The notes beneath the pieces are model-generated. The model did not search any database, was not told where the DNA came from, and saw only the letters and a program-made list of their open reading frames with translations. A stretch of DNA of 64,000 nt from the NCBI GenBank assembly GCA_965279165.1, contig OZ257140.1:166244-230243 (forward strand), written 5' to 3'. Numbering within the stretch: position 1 is the first letter of the stretch; the number at the start of each line of letters is the position of its first letter. The stretch is from Bacteroidia bacterium (GTDB lineage: Bacteria; Bacteroidota; Bacteroidia; UKL13-3). A program made the translations under genes and the position numbers. Shown piece by piece: positions 11,094 through 21,414 of this stretch.

Positions 11094-11819
11094 TTAATTA
11101 CCGCCTCTGTTTCTGTTGTTGTTATTCCTAAAATTTCGGTTGCGGTTATTTCCACCGCCACCCCCGCCTCCATTGCGGTTACGGTTGTTATTGTTGTTAC
11201 TTCTAAAATTGCGGTTGTTGTTGTTTTGTCCCGGATTATTGTTTTGACGGTTACGCACCGGCAAAGCATTAAACTGAATATCGTTTGATTCGGTTGACAT
11301 TTTTATTTGTCCACCCGAAAGTTTTTCGAGATGAGCCAGAATTTCTTCATCGCTAAGCATTTCTTCATTCCAGCTTCTGCATGATTGTTTCATAAACGAA
11401 CCAATCAAATTGATAAATCCGGATTTCAACGGACCATCTTCCATCTTGGCAGCCGATTCAATCATCTTTTCTATATTCTTGCCATAGAAACGGAATTTTA
11501 TTTTTTGTTGCGGATATGGCATGGTATCCGGCTTGGTAGTTAATGTTTCGCGTGTTGGCTTGGTATACGGACTATCTACATCCAATTTAAAATCAGAGAT
11601 AATAAATAAATGGTCCCATAATTTATGCTTGTAATCTGCCACATCACGCAAATGCGGATTCAGATTTCCCATCAGGGTAATTAAGGCGAGAGCCAGTTTG
11701 TTGCGCTTTTCACGGTCTTGTTCGGCAATCGCATATTCTACCATTTTCTGGATATTGCGCCCGTATTCGGAGATATATAAAGGTCCTCTGTCTGTATTGT
11801 ATTGGGGTAATGACGTCAT
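11094..11819 (-). CDS. DUF4290-domain protein with Asn/Arg/Gly-rich low-complexity C-terminal tail
   Basis: The N-terminal about 180 aa match the DUF4290 family that is conserved in Bacteroidota. The C-terminal 60 aa are N/R/G repeats (NNNNRNRNGGGGGGGNNRNRNFRNNNNRNRGGN). Confidence 0.7.
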   Translation of the reverse strand: MTSLPQYNTDRGPLYISEYGRNIQKMVEYAIAEQDREKRNKLALALITLMGNLNPHLRDVADYKHKLWDHLFIISDFKLDVDSPYTKPTRETLTTKPDTMPYPQQKIKFRFYGKNIEKMIESAAKMEDGPLKSGFINLIGSFMKQSCRSWNEEMLSDEEILAHLEKLSGGQIKMSTESNDIQFNALPVRNRQNNNPGQNNNNRNFRSNNNNNRNRNGGGGGGGNNRNRNFRNNNNRNRGGN

Positions 11820-12024
11820 AGGTTCGCAAATTAGCTTTTTTTTCTGATTTATGATGCGATAAATAATTGTCAGAATGTTGTTAAAAATTTCTTAATTATT
11901 TCTTCGTTTAGACGCAATAAAACCAGCATTTTCAATGCATTTCATCCATTTGCATTTTATCTACATTTTAATGTGGAAGCATTCGATGAGAAATTCACAT
12001 TTTTTATCTATTTTAGCACCTGAA

Positions 12025-15000
12025 ATGAAATGCACTAAAATTAAGCACCTGATTGTAGGTGCATTAATGATTGGATTGGTTCAACAAACCAACGGGCAAA
12101 ATCTTATTGCCACAGGAACGAGTGTATATACAGTCGAAAAAATCGTAAGGGATTTTCTTTTTAACAGCAACAAAGATGTTACCATTAAGAATATCAAGTA
12201 TAAAGGTGGTTTTGGTGCTATAGGTGCTTACGATGCAATTGGTACTTCTTTTGGTACCACTACCGGAATGATATTATCAACCGGGTCTATTTATCGGGTA
12301 AACGGTCCTTATATAAATGATACTACTTCCACAGCTTGGACCCTTGTTCCTGACCAGGATGCCGAAGTTCTTGCAAATGGAGGAAATCCAATATCACCTC
12401 CCTTGCCACCGGATCCTCCTGCACCACCACTCACAACCGATCCTGCAGTAATTGAATTTGATGTTGCCACAGCAGGTAATGGATTGGTTTTTAATTTTCA
12501 GTTTGGTTCCGATGAATATGCAGACACTTTGTATACCGATACCACACAGGATATGCCGAGGGATATCTTTGGTATTATGATTCAAGGTAAAGGTGTTGGC
12601 GATGGGTATAATTATGTTAATTTCGGAACAGTTACAGAATATCCGGTTCCTCCACCAATTCCGCCACCGGATCCATTATTGCCTTTCGAAATACCAATTA
12701 ATTCATATAGTGTTAACAATGGACCAAAAAACCAAGGTCCTTGCCAACGTTGTGATATGTTTTATGAAAATTTCAGTAAAGGAGGTGCCTATAACTTTAC
12801 ATCCATGGCCGGATTTACCGGTGTATTCAGCAAAAGTGTAAACGTTATACCATGCGATACTTACCATGTAAAAATATTTATTGCAGATAGAAAAGATCAA
12901 TTAAAAGATTCTCATCTTTTCATCAATATCGATACCAAGAACCCTCCACTTTATGAGGTATTGGATAAGTACAAAATTGGTGTTGCTTCGTATCCTGTAG
13001 ATACCGTTGCTTTTGAAGGTTGTGACCATGCCGAAATTAGAGTTGAAAGATATACAAACATCGGAACACCCGGTAGTACTACACTTACTTATACAGGTAC
13101 TGCCATTCCGGGTGTAGATTACGAATCCCTGCCTTCTGTCGTAAATTTTGCTCCCAACCAGCGCGTTGCCGTTATTCCATTAATTGCTAAAAAAACCGCT
13201 TCCGGTAACCCCGATAGAACTGTTATTGTAAATAGTTCGAACGAAATCTGTGGTAAAATTAGGACTTATACTAAAAACTACTTCCTGCGTAAAGATTTAT
13301 TAAAAATCAACCTTGGTCCGGATACCAACCTTTGCGAAGGGGATAAGATGATATTAAACGCTACCAATACCCCACCGGCCGAATATTATGTTTGGAATGA
13401 TGCCAGTAGCGGACCGGTTAAATCTGTAACCACAACCGGCTTGTATAGTGTGCGTGCCAGAATCGGTACGTGTTTGCGGTCCGACACCGTAAGTGTTTAT
13501 TTTAAACCATTGGTTAAATTTACACTTGGTCCGGATTCTTCTATTTGTTTTAAAGACAGTTTAAAACTAGATCCTAAATTAAACTTAGCAGATACGGCTA
13601 TAAAATATAACTGGTACGATAATACCAACAAACCAACAAAAACAGTAGGATCGAGCGGTACATACTGGCTACGAGTAAGTAGGCTAGGCTGCCACAACTA
13701 TGATACCATGCAACTTACCGTTAAGCCACTTCCAATTGTGGATATCGGAAAAGATACCACCTTTTGTTATCTTGGTATACCCGGTTACACCATTGATGCA
13801 ACTACCGACCCTACCAATACCATTTTATGGAGTACCGGTTCTAATAACCTAAGTATTAAAGTTACCCAGTCAGGTACGTATACAGCCAAAGTTACCGGAA
13901 ATGGTTGTAACAATTATGATACAATTAAAGTTAACATGAACCAAACTCCTCCGGTAAACCTGAGGGATACCTTGCTTTGTGAAAATTATTTATTGAAACT
14001 CAGGGCTCCAAAAGGATTTGCTTATTTATGGAGCAATGGTTCTACGGATTCTGTTATATCAGTTTACAATTCGGGACAATACAGTGTAATTGCGATGAAT
14101 GGTAGCTGTATAGCATACGATACTTCCAATGTTTCTCGTAAGCCAAGTCCGAAAATTAATTTAGGAAACGACACTGCTCTTTGTAAAGGACAAGGCGTTT
14201 TATTGGATGCCACGTACAACGGAGATATAGTGACCACCTTATGGGGAGGTGCCGGTAATGGTTGTGGAAATGAAACCAAATGTCAAACCATATCATCCGG
14301 TAATTATTATGTAACCTTAACTTCGCAAACAAATGGCTGTATTGCAAAGGATACCTTCTTCTTTTACGCTAAACCATTGCCTGCTCCAAATTTAGGTATT
14401 GATACCGCAATTTGTTTTTATCAGTCGGCAACCATTGCTCCGAATTGTCCGTTTGATAGTTTATTCTGGTATGATGGTTTACCTGTGCCGGTGTCAACGG
14501 CATCTACCTTTACTTATACCAAACCTGGTACTTATTGGGTGAAAGTTTACCGCGATAATTGCTCGAATGTTGACTCGTTGAAAGTTAAATTATCCGTCAA
14601 CTCCCCTCCATTTACCTTGAATCATGATACCGGTTTCTGCAAAGGAAAGTCAGTAATATATGATGTAAGCTGCACCAATTGTACTTATTTGTGGAACGAC
14701 AACAGTATTTTACCGATGAAAACCTTTAAATCATCCGGAACGCATATTGTAACCATTGATAACCAATTGTGTAAACGGATTGATACGATTACAGTAGAAG
14801 CTGTTATTCCTGCCTCTGTATTCCCTAGCGACACCTTTGTATGTAACGGCAAGTCACTTTTATTGGTAAATCCTATTCCCGGAGCAAGTATTCATTGGTA
14901 CGACAACAGCATTTCCAATAGCAAAATTATTTTAAATCCCGGTAAGTATTGGTTAACCATTTCACAAAAAGGTTGCAAATACAACGATACCATTCAGGTA

Positions 15001-15513
15001 GAATATGTTGGCGGACCAGTAGTGGATTTAGGTCCGGATGTAGTAACCTGCTCTTCTGAAAAATTATTCTTAGATGTAACCAACCGTGGTAATACCATAT
15101 ATGAATGGTCGAATGGTGCCAATACTCCTATAATTAGAGTAGATAGCGGTGGCTTGTATAAAGTAAATGTAACCCGTTGCGGAATAACCGAATCGGCTCA
15201 AGTTGATATCGATTATCTTTCAAAGGAAATGCAGTTATTTATTCCAAATGCATTTACACCGGATGCCAATGGGTTGAACGATGTATTGGTTCCGGGAGGA
15301 AAAATCAAAGAGCCTACTACTTATCAGTTCAGCATTTATAACCAATGGGGACAAAAAGTATTTGAAAGCAACGACATCAGCAAAGGTTGGGATGGAACGC
15401 ACAACGGGGTTAAACAACCGGGTGGTGTTTATATCTGGACCATTGATGCCAATTCGGATTGTTATGCAGAGCCGTATTACCATGCAGCCGGTAATGTTAC
15501 TTTGTTAAAATAA
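12025..15513 (+). CDS. T9SS type-B sorting-domain (CHU_C / gliding-motility C-terminal domain) surface protein with 12 tandem Ig-like repeats
   Basis: Start chosen at the internal Met MKCTKIKHLIVGALMIGLVQQTNGQ, which gives a signal peptide. Pro-rich linkers (PPLPPDPPAPP). Twelve repeats of about 75-80 aa, each with LGPDTxxCxGxxxxLxA...YxWxxG...GxYxVxV...C...D. The C-terminus FIPNAFTPDANGLNDVLVP...WDG matches the type-B CTD. Confidence 0.8.
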   Translation: MKCTKIKHLIVGALMIGLVQQTNGQNLIATGTSVYTVEKIVRDFLFNSNKDVTIKNIKYKGGFGAIGAYDAIGTSFGTTTGMILSTGSIYRVNGPYINDTTSTAWTLVPDQDAEVLANGGNPISPPLPPDPPAPPLTTDPAVIEFDVATAGNGLVFNFQFGSDEYADTLYTDTTQDMPRDIFGIMIQGKGVGDGYNYVNFGTVTEYPVPPPIPPPDPLLPFEIPINSYSVNNGPKNQGPCQRCDMFYENFSKGGAYNFTSMAGFTGVFSKSVNVIPCDTYHVKIFIADRKDQLKDSHLFINIDTKNPPLYEVLDKYKIGVASYPVDTVAFEGCDHAEIRVERYTNIGTPGSTTLTYTGTAIPGVDYESLPSVVNFAPNQRVAVIPLIAKKTASGNPDRTVIVNSSNEICGKIRTYTKNYFLRKDLLKINLGPDTNLCEGDKMILNATNTPPAEYYVWNDASSGPVKSVTTTGLYSVRARIGTCLRSDTVSVYFKPLVKFTLGPDSSICFKDSLKLDPKLNLADTAIKYNWYDNTNKPTKTVGSSGTYWLRVSRLGCHNYDTMQLTVKPLPIVDIGKDTTFCYLGIPGYTIDATTDPTNTILWSTGSNNLSIKVTQSGTYTAKVTGNGCNNYDTIKVNMNQTPPVNLRDTLLCENYLLKLRAPKGFAYLWSNGSTDSVISVYNSGQYSVIAMNGSCIAYDTSNVSRKPSPKINLGNDTALCKGQGVLLDATYNGDIVTTLWGGAGNGCGNETKCQTISSGNYYVTLTSQTNGCIAKDTFFFYAKPLPAPNLGIDTAICFYQSATIAPNCPFDSLFWYDGLPVPVSTASTFTYTKPGTYWVKVYRDNCSNVDSLKVKLSVNSPPFTLNHDTGFCKGKSVIYDVSCTNCTYLWNDNSILPMKTFKSSGTHIVTIDNQLCKRIDTITVEAVIPASVFPSDTFVCNGKSLLLVNPIPGASIHWYDNSISNSKIILNPGKYWLTISQKGCKYNDTIQVEYVGGPVVDLGPDVVTCSSEKLFLDVTNRGNTIYEWSNGANTPIIRVDSGGLYKVNVTRCGITESAQVDIDYLSKEMQLFIPNAFTPDANGLNDVLVPGGKIKEPTTYQFSIYNQWGQKVFESNDISKGWDGTHNGVKQPGGVYIWTIDANSDCYAEPYYHAAGNVTLLK

Positions 15514-15682
15514 TCTTTTTGACCAAAATCTGATAATCAGAAAATAATTTTTGGCACGGTTATTCGTAATAATGGTATTAAAACCTCACGATTATGAAAA
15601 CCAAGGTAGTAAATTTAAACTTCATGCTTTTTAAAGCAGCTGCTTTAACCCTTTTAATAATAAGCGCATTTTTATTTTCCGC

Positions 15683-16843
15683 TTAATGCAGATGCAACAA
15701 TTCTTTTGCATACCGACGGGTTTCTAAATCGGTTTGTACAAGATCTTCCAATCCCGGCGATTGGATAAACGAAACTTTTTGCATGCAAGCAGCGTTAAGT
15801 TCAGCGATACCTAAAAACTTTATTTTATCCTGCAAGAAAGCTTCTACTGCTATTTCATTTGCTGCATTTAAGATGCATGCCAGGTTTCCTCCTCTATTCA
15901 TTGCCTCATAGGCCAAAGCCAGGTTATAGAACGTTTCGGTATCCGGCTCTTCAAAATCAAGTCGGGCCAAAGTTGCCAGATTCATTCTTTTTACACCACT
16001 TGAAATCCTATCAGGATAAAAAAATGCATAATGAATGGGTAATTTCATATCCGGCAATCCTAATTGTGCTTTTACACTTCCATCGTTAAATTCAACCAAA
16101 CTATGGATGATACTTTGGGGATGAACCACCACTTCAATTTGATTCGATTTCAAACCAAACAACCATTTGGCTTCGATAACTTCCAAGCCTTTGTTCATCA
16201 AGGTAGCTGAATCAATGGTAATTTTGGCACCCATTGTCCAATTGGGATGTTTTAATGCCTGTTCCTTCGTAATTTGCCTTAAATCGTCAATCTTTTTTCC
16301 TCGAAACGGACCACCTGAAGCAGTTAAAATAATCTTATCAATGGTATTAAAATCTTCCCCTACCAAACATTGAAAAATGGCTGAATGCTCTGAGTCGACC
16401 GGAATAATATTTACTTTGTATTCGTTGCAAAGTTTGGTTATCAATTCGCCTGCAACCACAAGGGTTTCTTTGTTTGCCAGTGCTATTTGTTTCTTTTGTT
16501 GAATTGCCCTGATGGTTGGTTTTAATCCACTATATCCAACCATAGCAGTTAAAACCATTTCTGCTGAAGTAATGTCCATTATATCCGTAATAGATTGTTC
16601 ACCGGAGAACACCTTAATATCCAGATCGGCAAGTGCAGTTTTAACTTCATCATACTTGGATTCATCTGCTATCACCACATGAGAAGGTATAAATTCGCGT
16701 GCTTGAGAAACCAATAAAGATGCATTGCTATTGGCGGTTAGCACTTCAATTTTAATTTTATCGGGATGACTCCGGGCAATGTCCAAAGCTTGGGTCCCTA
16801 TACTTCCTGTACTGCCCAGGATGGCAATTTTTTTTATATTCAT
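15683..16843 (-). CDS. dxr: 1-deoxy-D-xylulose-5-phosphate reductoisomerase
   Basis: N-terminus ILGSTGSIGTQALDI and a full-length Dxr profile. Confidence 0.92.
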   Translation of the reverse strand: MNIKKIAILGSTGSIGTQALDIARSHPDKIKIEVLTANSNASLLVSQAREFIPSHVVIADESKYDEVKTALADLDIKVFSGEQSITDIMDITSAEMVLTAMVGYSGLKPTIRAIQQKKQIALANKETLVVAGELITKLCNEYKVNIIPVDSEHSAIFQCLVGEDFNTIDKIILTASGGPFRGKKIDDLRQITKEQALKHPNWTMGAKITIDSATLMNKGLEVIEAKWLFGLKSNQIEVVVHPQSIIHSLVEFNDGSVKAQLGLPDMKLPIHYAFFYPDRISSGVKRMNLATLARLDFEEPDTETFYNLALAYEAMNRGGNLACILNAANEIAVEAFLQDKIKFLGIAELNAACMQKVSFIQSPGLEDLVQTDLETRRYAKELLHLH

Positions 16844-16871
16844 GCGCCAATATTCTTTGGCAAAATAAGGA

Positions 16872-16910
16872 GATTAAACCAAAACGGGCTGCAAAAATTG
16901 CAACCCGTTT
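16872..16910 (-). terminator. Rho-independent terminator downstream of recA
   Basis: Hairpin AACGGGCTGC-loop-GCAACCCGTT (9 of 10 pairs) followed on the minus strand by a T-rich tract. Confidence 0.5.
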
Positions 16911-16929
16911 CTATTCAATTAAAATAATT

Positions 16930-17982
16930 TTACTCACCTACTTCCACTTTTGCCTGATAGCCACCGCCAAAAGCACGGTCTTTAATTTTTGTTTCCAGTT
17001 CATCGGCCAGTTCCGGATTATCGGTTAGCAATTGCTTAACTGCATCCCTACCTTGACCTAGTTTGGTATCGTTATAACTAAACCACGATCCGCTTTTCTT
17101 GATGATATCCATTTCCACTCCAATATCCACTATCTCTCCTACTTTAGAAATACCAAGCCCATAAATAATATCAAATTCAACGGTTCGGAATGGAGGAGCC
17201 ATTTTATTTTTAGCTACCTTAACTTTGGTACGGTTACCAATAATATCGTTGCCATCTTTCAATTGGCCGATGCGGCGGATATCCAAACGAACCGAAGCAT
17301 AAAATTTCAAAGCATTACCTCCGGTAGTAGTTTCGGGGTTACCAAACATCACACCGATTTTATCGCGAAGCTGGTTAATGAAAATACAGATACAACCTGT
17401 TTTGTTGATCGTACCAGTAAGTTTACGCAATGCCTGACTCATTAAACGAGCCTGTAATCCCATTTTAGAATCGCCCATTTCTCCTTCAATTTCTGCCTTT
17501 GGAACCAATGCAGCAACCGAATCAATAACAATGATATCTATGGCTCCTGAACGGATTAATGCATCTGCAATTTCCAATGCTTGTTCCCCATCATCGGGTT
17601 GTGAAATCAATAAATTATCAATATCAATACCCAAACGTTCGGCATAGTTTTTATCGAAAGCATGTTCCGCATCAATAAAAGCTGCCATACCGCCCGTTTT
17701 TTGAACTTGGGCAATAGCATGTTGGGCAAGGGTCGTTTTACCTGAAGATTCAGGACCATAAATTTCAATCACCCTACCTTTTGGCAATCCACCAATACCA
17801 AGAGCCATATCCAAACCAATAGAACCTGTAGAAATTGCTTCTACTCCTTCAATGGTTTTATCGCTCATTTTCATTACGGTTCCCTTACCGTATTCTTTTT
17901 CCAGCTTATCAATCGTTAATTGTAATGCTTTCAGTTTTTCTTTGTTGTCGGTCATGTGTGTGTTGTTTATCTTTTTAGTCAT
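16930..17982 (-). CDS. recA: Recombinase RecA
   Basis: Walker [11 protein letters not shown]. Loops L1/L2 and the overall sequence are canonical RecA. Confidence 0.97.
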   Translation of the reverse strand: MTKKINNTHMTDNKEKLKALQLTIDKLEKEYGKGTVMKMSDKTIEGVEAISTGSIGLDMALGIGGLPKGRVIEIYGPESSGKTTLAQHAIAQVQKTGGMAAFIDAEHAFDKNYAERLGIDIDNLLISQPDDGEQALEIADALIRSGAIDIIVIDSVAALVPKAEIEGEMGDSKMGLQARLMSQALRKLTGTINKTGCICIFINQLRDKIGVMFGNPETTTGGNALKFYASVRLDIRRIGQLKDGNDIIGNRTKVKVAKNKMAPPFRTVEFDIIYGLGISKVGEIVDIGVEMDIIKKSGSWFSYNDTKLGQGRDAVKQLLTDNPELADELETKIKDRAFGGGYQAKVEVGE

Positions 17983-18091
17983 TCGAATTTCTTTATATCT
18001 ATTTAAAAGTAAAAGGGATGTGTATAACTATATTCCCGATTACACTACAAACTTAATCCGGTTGGTTCGCAATGTATCTGCGAAGTATGCA

Positions 18092-18122
18092 CAAAAAAAA
18101 AGGTTGCTTGTTGGCAACCTTT
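18092..18122 (-). terminator. Rho-independent terminator downstream of the DUF2911 gene
   Basis: AAGGTTGC-TTGT-TGGCAACCTT hairpin followed by 8-9 T on the minus strand. Confidence 0.6.
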
Positions 18123-18144
18123 TCTACTATCATTTGTAATCGAA

Positions 18145-18990
18145 CTATTTTTTCTTGGTATCACCGGCTTTCCAGTCAACCAATGCCTTCTCAACTTCTG
18201 CTTTAAAAAAGAAACCTTGGGGATTTTTATCTCCCAAAGTTTTTGCTTTGGTGGCAAACTCCAAAGCACCCTTGGTATCGCCTTTACCGGCTAAACACTG
18301 GGCTTTAATCCAATTGTTAAACCACTGATCAGATAAAGAAATGGATTGATTTACATAACCCAACGCTTTGTCATATTCTTTGCGATCGAGGTGATAACGT
18401 GCAGCGTTATTGTATACTTGCCATGTACTTCCAACTGCTTTATCAATAGCTTCTAATGCTTGTTTTTCTGTAGCGCATTCCACTGTAAACGAAATACGAA
18501 CTTTCTCCCACATCATATTAACCAAGCCTTTTTCGCCTGTAAAATCAGTAATGGTAAATGCCAATCTTTCGCTGAACATATTGGCAGCCGGCACTACATC
18601 AAAACGACATACATCGCTTTCTTGCTTGTATTGGTCGGTTGAAGCAGAAGCATCTTTATTGATTATAACGGTCCAGCTGGCCTTACCTGGAATCATAAAG
18701 ATAGAATAAGATCCTTTTGGAACATTTGCACCATTTACAACCACATCTTTTGAAAAGGTAATTTTGGTTGCTGAATTTGCACCTACTCTCCATAATTTAT
18801 CGTAAGGTACTAATTCGCCCCAGATGGTTCTGCCTTTAACTGCTGGACTACTATAGTCGATGGTAACTTCGGTATATCCGATTGTTTGCAATACCGATGC
18901 CTTCGGGCTTGGTTGTGGCAATTGTAATTGGGCGTTTGCCGTGAATAATCCGGCAACTAATGCCAAGGATAACAAGAATTGTTTTTTCAT
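18145..18990 (-). CDS. DUF2911 domain-containing protein (secreted, C-terminal TPR-like region)
   Basis: Signal peptide. N-terminal region matches the DUF2911 family signature (WRVGANSATKITFSKDV). Confidence 0.7.
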   Translation of the reverse strand: MKKQFLLSLALVAGLFTANAQLQLPQPSPKASVLQTIGYTEVTIDYSSPAVKGRTIWGELVPYDKLWRVGANSATKITFSKDVVVNGANVPKGSYSIFMIPGKASWTVIINKDASASTDQYKQESDVCRFDVVPAANMFSERLAFTITDFTGEKGLVNMMWEKVRISFTVECATEKQALEAIDKAVGSTWQVYNNAARYHLDRKEYDKALGYVNQSISLSDQWFNNWIKAQCLAGKGDTKGALEFATKAKTLGDKNPQGFFFKAEVEKALVDWKAGDTKKK

Positions 18991-19007
18991 ATGTATGTAT
19001 TTAAAAT

Positions 19008-19799
19008 TTATAAGTTTGGTGTTCGTCCTCCATCAACCGGTAAATTAATACCGGTTATATAAGCAGCAAATTCGCTTGCCAAAAATGCGGCAGCAAATGC
19101 CGTTTCTTCGGGTTGTGCAAATCGGCCTAACGGAATTTCATTGGTCATTTCCTGGCTTACTTCCTCGAGCGAGTGGTTTTGTTTACCGGCTTTGTTTTCA
19201 ATGATTTGTTTTAATCGGTCGGTAGCTGTAGCACCCGGAAGAATATTGTTTACGGTTATATTGTACTGTCCGAGTTCGTTTGCAAGTGTTTTAGCCCAAT
19301 TGGCAACAGCACCGCGAATGGTATTGCTAACTCCTAAGCCCTTTAGTGGCGCTTTTACAGAGGTTGAAATTATATTGATAATTCTTCCGTAACCGGAAGC
19401 CCGCATACCATCTACAACAGCCTGTACCAAAATTTGGTTGCATAATAGATGGTTGGTAAAAGCAGCGGTGTATTCTTCCAATTCTGCATCTATTGCTAAA
19501 CCTGCGGGAGGTCCACCGGTATTGTTCACTAAAACATGGTACACTTGATGGGCATTTGTTTTCTCCAACAACAATTCGCGCAATAACTCCGGCTTAGAAA
19601 AATCGGCAGCGATAAAGTCATGTTTCTGACCACTGGAGACATCTAGGTCTCGTACAACCCTTGCGAGTAAGTCTTCATTTCTGGCAACCATGGTAACATT
19701 GGCTCCCAGTGAAGCAAACAATTTAGAAATAGCAAATCCTATTCCTCTTGAAGCGCCGCAAACCAATGCGTTTTTACCGGTTAAATTTATCTGCATCAT
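19008..19799 (-). CDS. SDR family oxidoreductase (3-oxoacyl-ACP reductase-like)
   Basis: NAD(P)-binding motif GASRGIGFAI and the catalytic Tyr/Lys region. 263 aa. Confidence 0.8.
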   Translation of the reverse strand: MMQINLTGKNALVCGASRGIGFAISKLFASLGANVTMVARNEDLLARVVRDLDVSSGQKHDFIAADFSKPELLRELLLEKTNAHQVYHVLVNNTGGPPAGLAIDAELEEYTAAFTNHLLCNQILVQAVVDGMRASGYGRIINIISTSVKAPLKGLGVSNTIRGAVANWAKTLANELGQYNITVNNILPGATATDRLKQIIENKAGKQNHSLEEVSQEMTNEIPLGRFAQPEETAFAAAFLASEFAAYITGINLPVDGGRTPNL

Positions 19800-19808
19800 A
19801 ATATCCTG

Positions 19809-20204
19809 CTAAGTAAGTAAATTCCTGAACAGCATTTCGAGTTTTTCTTTTGCAATTATTTTTTGACCTGTTTCACCGGATGCAATTCTTCTGTTACCGG
19901 AAGTTGCCTCAAAAGTACAAACAACTTCATTTCCTGTTATTTGTTTAATTGTTGCAGTAAAAATCACCTCTTCATTAGGCAAGGCAGGCGAATGGTGGTT
20001 TACATGCAAAAAGGTACCGATTCCTTCTTCTTTTGCATCCTTCATTTCGAGAACAAATAAACGACAAGCCCATTCGGCATCTCTACCAAGTGCAAAAGTT
20101 GCATAAACCGGATGCACAGCACCCGAATCAAAGGTTGCCGTATCCAACATACCGATAATTTTGCGAAAAATTTTGGTGTCTCCGGGTTTAAAAACCTGTT
20201 TCAT
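19809..20204 (-). CDS. Hotdog-fold thioesterase family protein
   Basis: Start moved to the internal Met MKQVFKPGD to avoid overlapping ribBA. 4HBT-like hotdog fold pattern. Confidence 0.5.
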   Translation of the reverse strand: MKQVFKPGDTKIFRKIIGMLDTATFDSGAVHPVYATFALGRDAEWACRLFVLEMKDAKEEGIGTFLHVNHHSPALPNEEVIFTATIKQITGNEVVCTFEATSGNRRIASGETGQKIIAKEKLEMLFRNLLT

Positions 20205-20211
20205 ATTCTCT

Positions 20212-21414
20212 CTAAAAGTCGTGTCCAAGACGGCTACGCTTGGTTTCCATGTATTCCTGGTTATGCAAATTCGGTTCGGAAGTAATGGGAACATTTTCCA
20301 CTATTTCGAGTCCGTAGCCTATCAATCCGGCCCGTTTGGTTGGATTATTGGTCATTAACCGCATTTTATGAACCCCAATATCCCTAAGAATTTGTGCACC
20401 TACCCCATAATCTCTTTCATCAGCCTTGAATCCAAGTTTGATATTGGCATCTACTGTATCCAAGCCTTGTTCCTGTAATTTATAAGCACGTAATTTATTC
20501 AGTAAACCAATACCTCTTCCTTCCTGGTTAATATACAGGATAACGCCTTGGCCTACCGATTCAACCATTTCCATAGCTTTTTGCAATTGTTCGCCACAAT
20601 CACAGCGCATCGAATGGAAAATATCCCCTGTAACACAAGATGAGTGAACCCTTACCAATACAGGCTCGTCGGGTTGCCAATTCCCTTTTTTCAATACCAT
20701 ATGCACTTGTCCATTGTCTTTTTGTTCGTAGGCAAGCAGTTCAAAATTACCATAATGGGTAGGCATATCTACTGAAATAATACGTTTAATCAGCGACTCT
20801 TTTTGCAGGCGGTATTCTATCAAATCTTTGATGGTTATTAATTTCAGGTCGAATCGTTCGGCTACTTTAATTAAATCGGGCAAACGCGCCATGCTGCCAT
20901 CTTCGTTTAAAATTTCAACGATACAACCGGCAGGTTCAAATCCGGCCAAACGCGCCAGATCTATTGCTGCTTCGGTATGACCGGCACGTCTTAAAACGCC
21001 ATCTTTCTGTGCTTTTAGCGGAAATATATGTCCGGGTTTACCCAAATCATCTGGCACTGTTTCGGGATCGATCAATGCCTGAATTGTTTTTGCTCGGTCG
21101 TGTGCCGAAATTCCGGTACTGCATCCTTTTCCAAGCAGATCAACAGATACCGTAAAGGCCGTTTCGTGTAAGGCATTGTTATCTTTTACCATCAAGTTTA
21201 ATCCTAAGGCCAAGCAACGTTCTTCGGTTAATGGTGTACAAATTAATCCCCTGCCATGGGTCGCCATAAAATTAATTACTTCTGGTGTAATATTTCTGGC
21301 TGCTGTTAAGAAATCTCCTTCATTTTCGCGGTCTTCATCATCTACCACAATAATCAATTTCCCATCTTTGATATCTTGTATTGCTTCCTCTATGGAATGA
21401 AATGTAAAACTCAT
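20212..21414 (-). CDS. ribBA: Bifunctional 3,4-dihydroxy-2-butanone-4-phosphate synthase / GTP cyclohydrolase II
   Basis: RibB N-half ([10 protein letters not shown]) and RibA C-half (CxC zinc motif RCDCGEQL). Confidence 0.93.
   Translation of the reverse strand: MSFTFHSIEEAIQDIKDGKLIIVVDDEDRENEGDFLTAARNITPEVINFMATHGRGLICTPLTEERCLALGLNLMVKDNNALHETAFTVSVDLLGKGCSTGISAHDRAKTIQALIDPETVPDDLGKPGHIFPLKAQKDGVLRRAGHTEAAIDLARLAGFEPAGCIVEILNEDGSMARLPDLIKVAERFDLKLITIKDLIEYRLQKESLIKRIISVDMPTHYGNFELLAYEQKDNGQVHMVLKKGNWQPDEPVLVRVHSSCVTGDIFHSMRCDCGEQLQKAMEMVESVGQGVILYINQEGRGIGLLNKLRAYKLQEQGLDTVDANIKLGFKADERDYGVGAQILRDIGVHKMRLMTNNPTKRAGLIGYGLEIVENVPITSEPNLHNQEYMETKRSRLGHDF

Noticed and set aside
11084-11269. 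61-aa minus-strand ORF rich in Thr/Ile
   Set aside because: It is an alternative frame through the triplet-repeat DNA that encodes the N/R/G tail of the DUF4290 protein, so it is a translation artefact.
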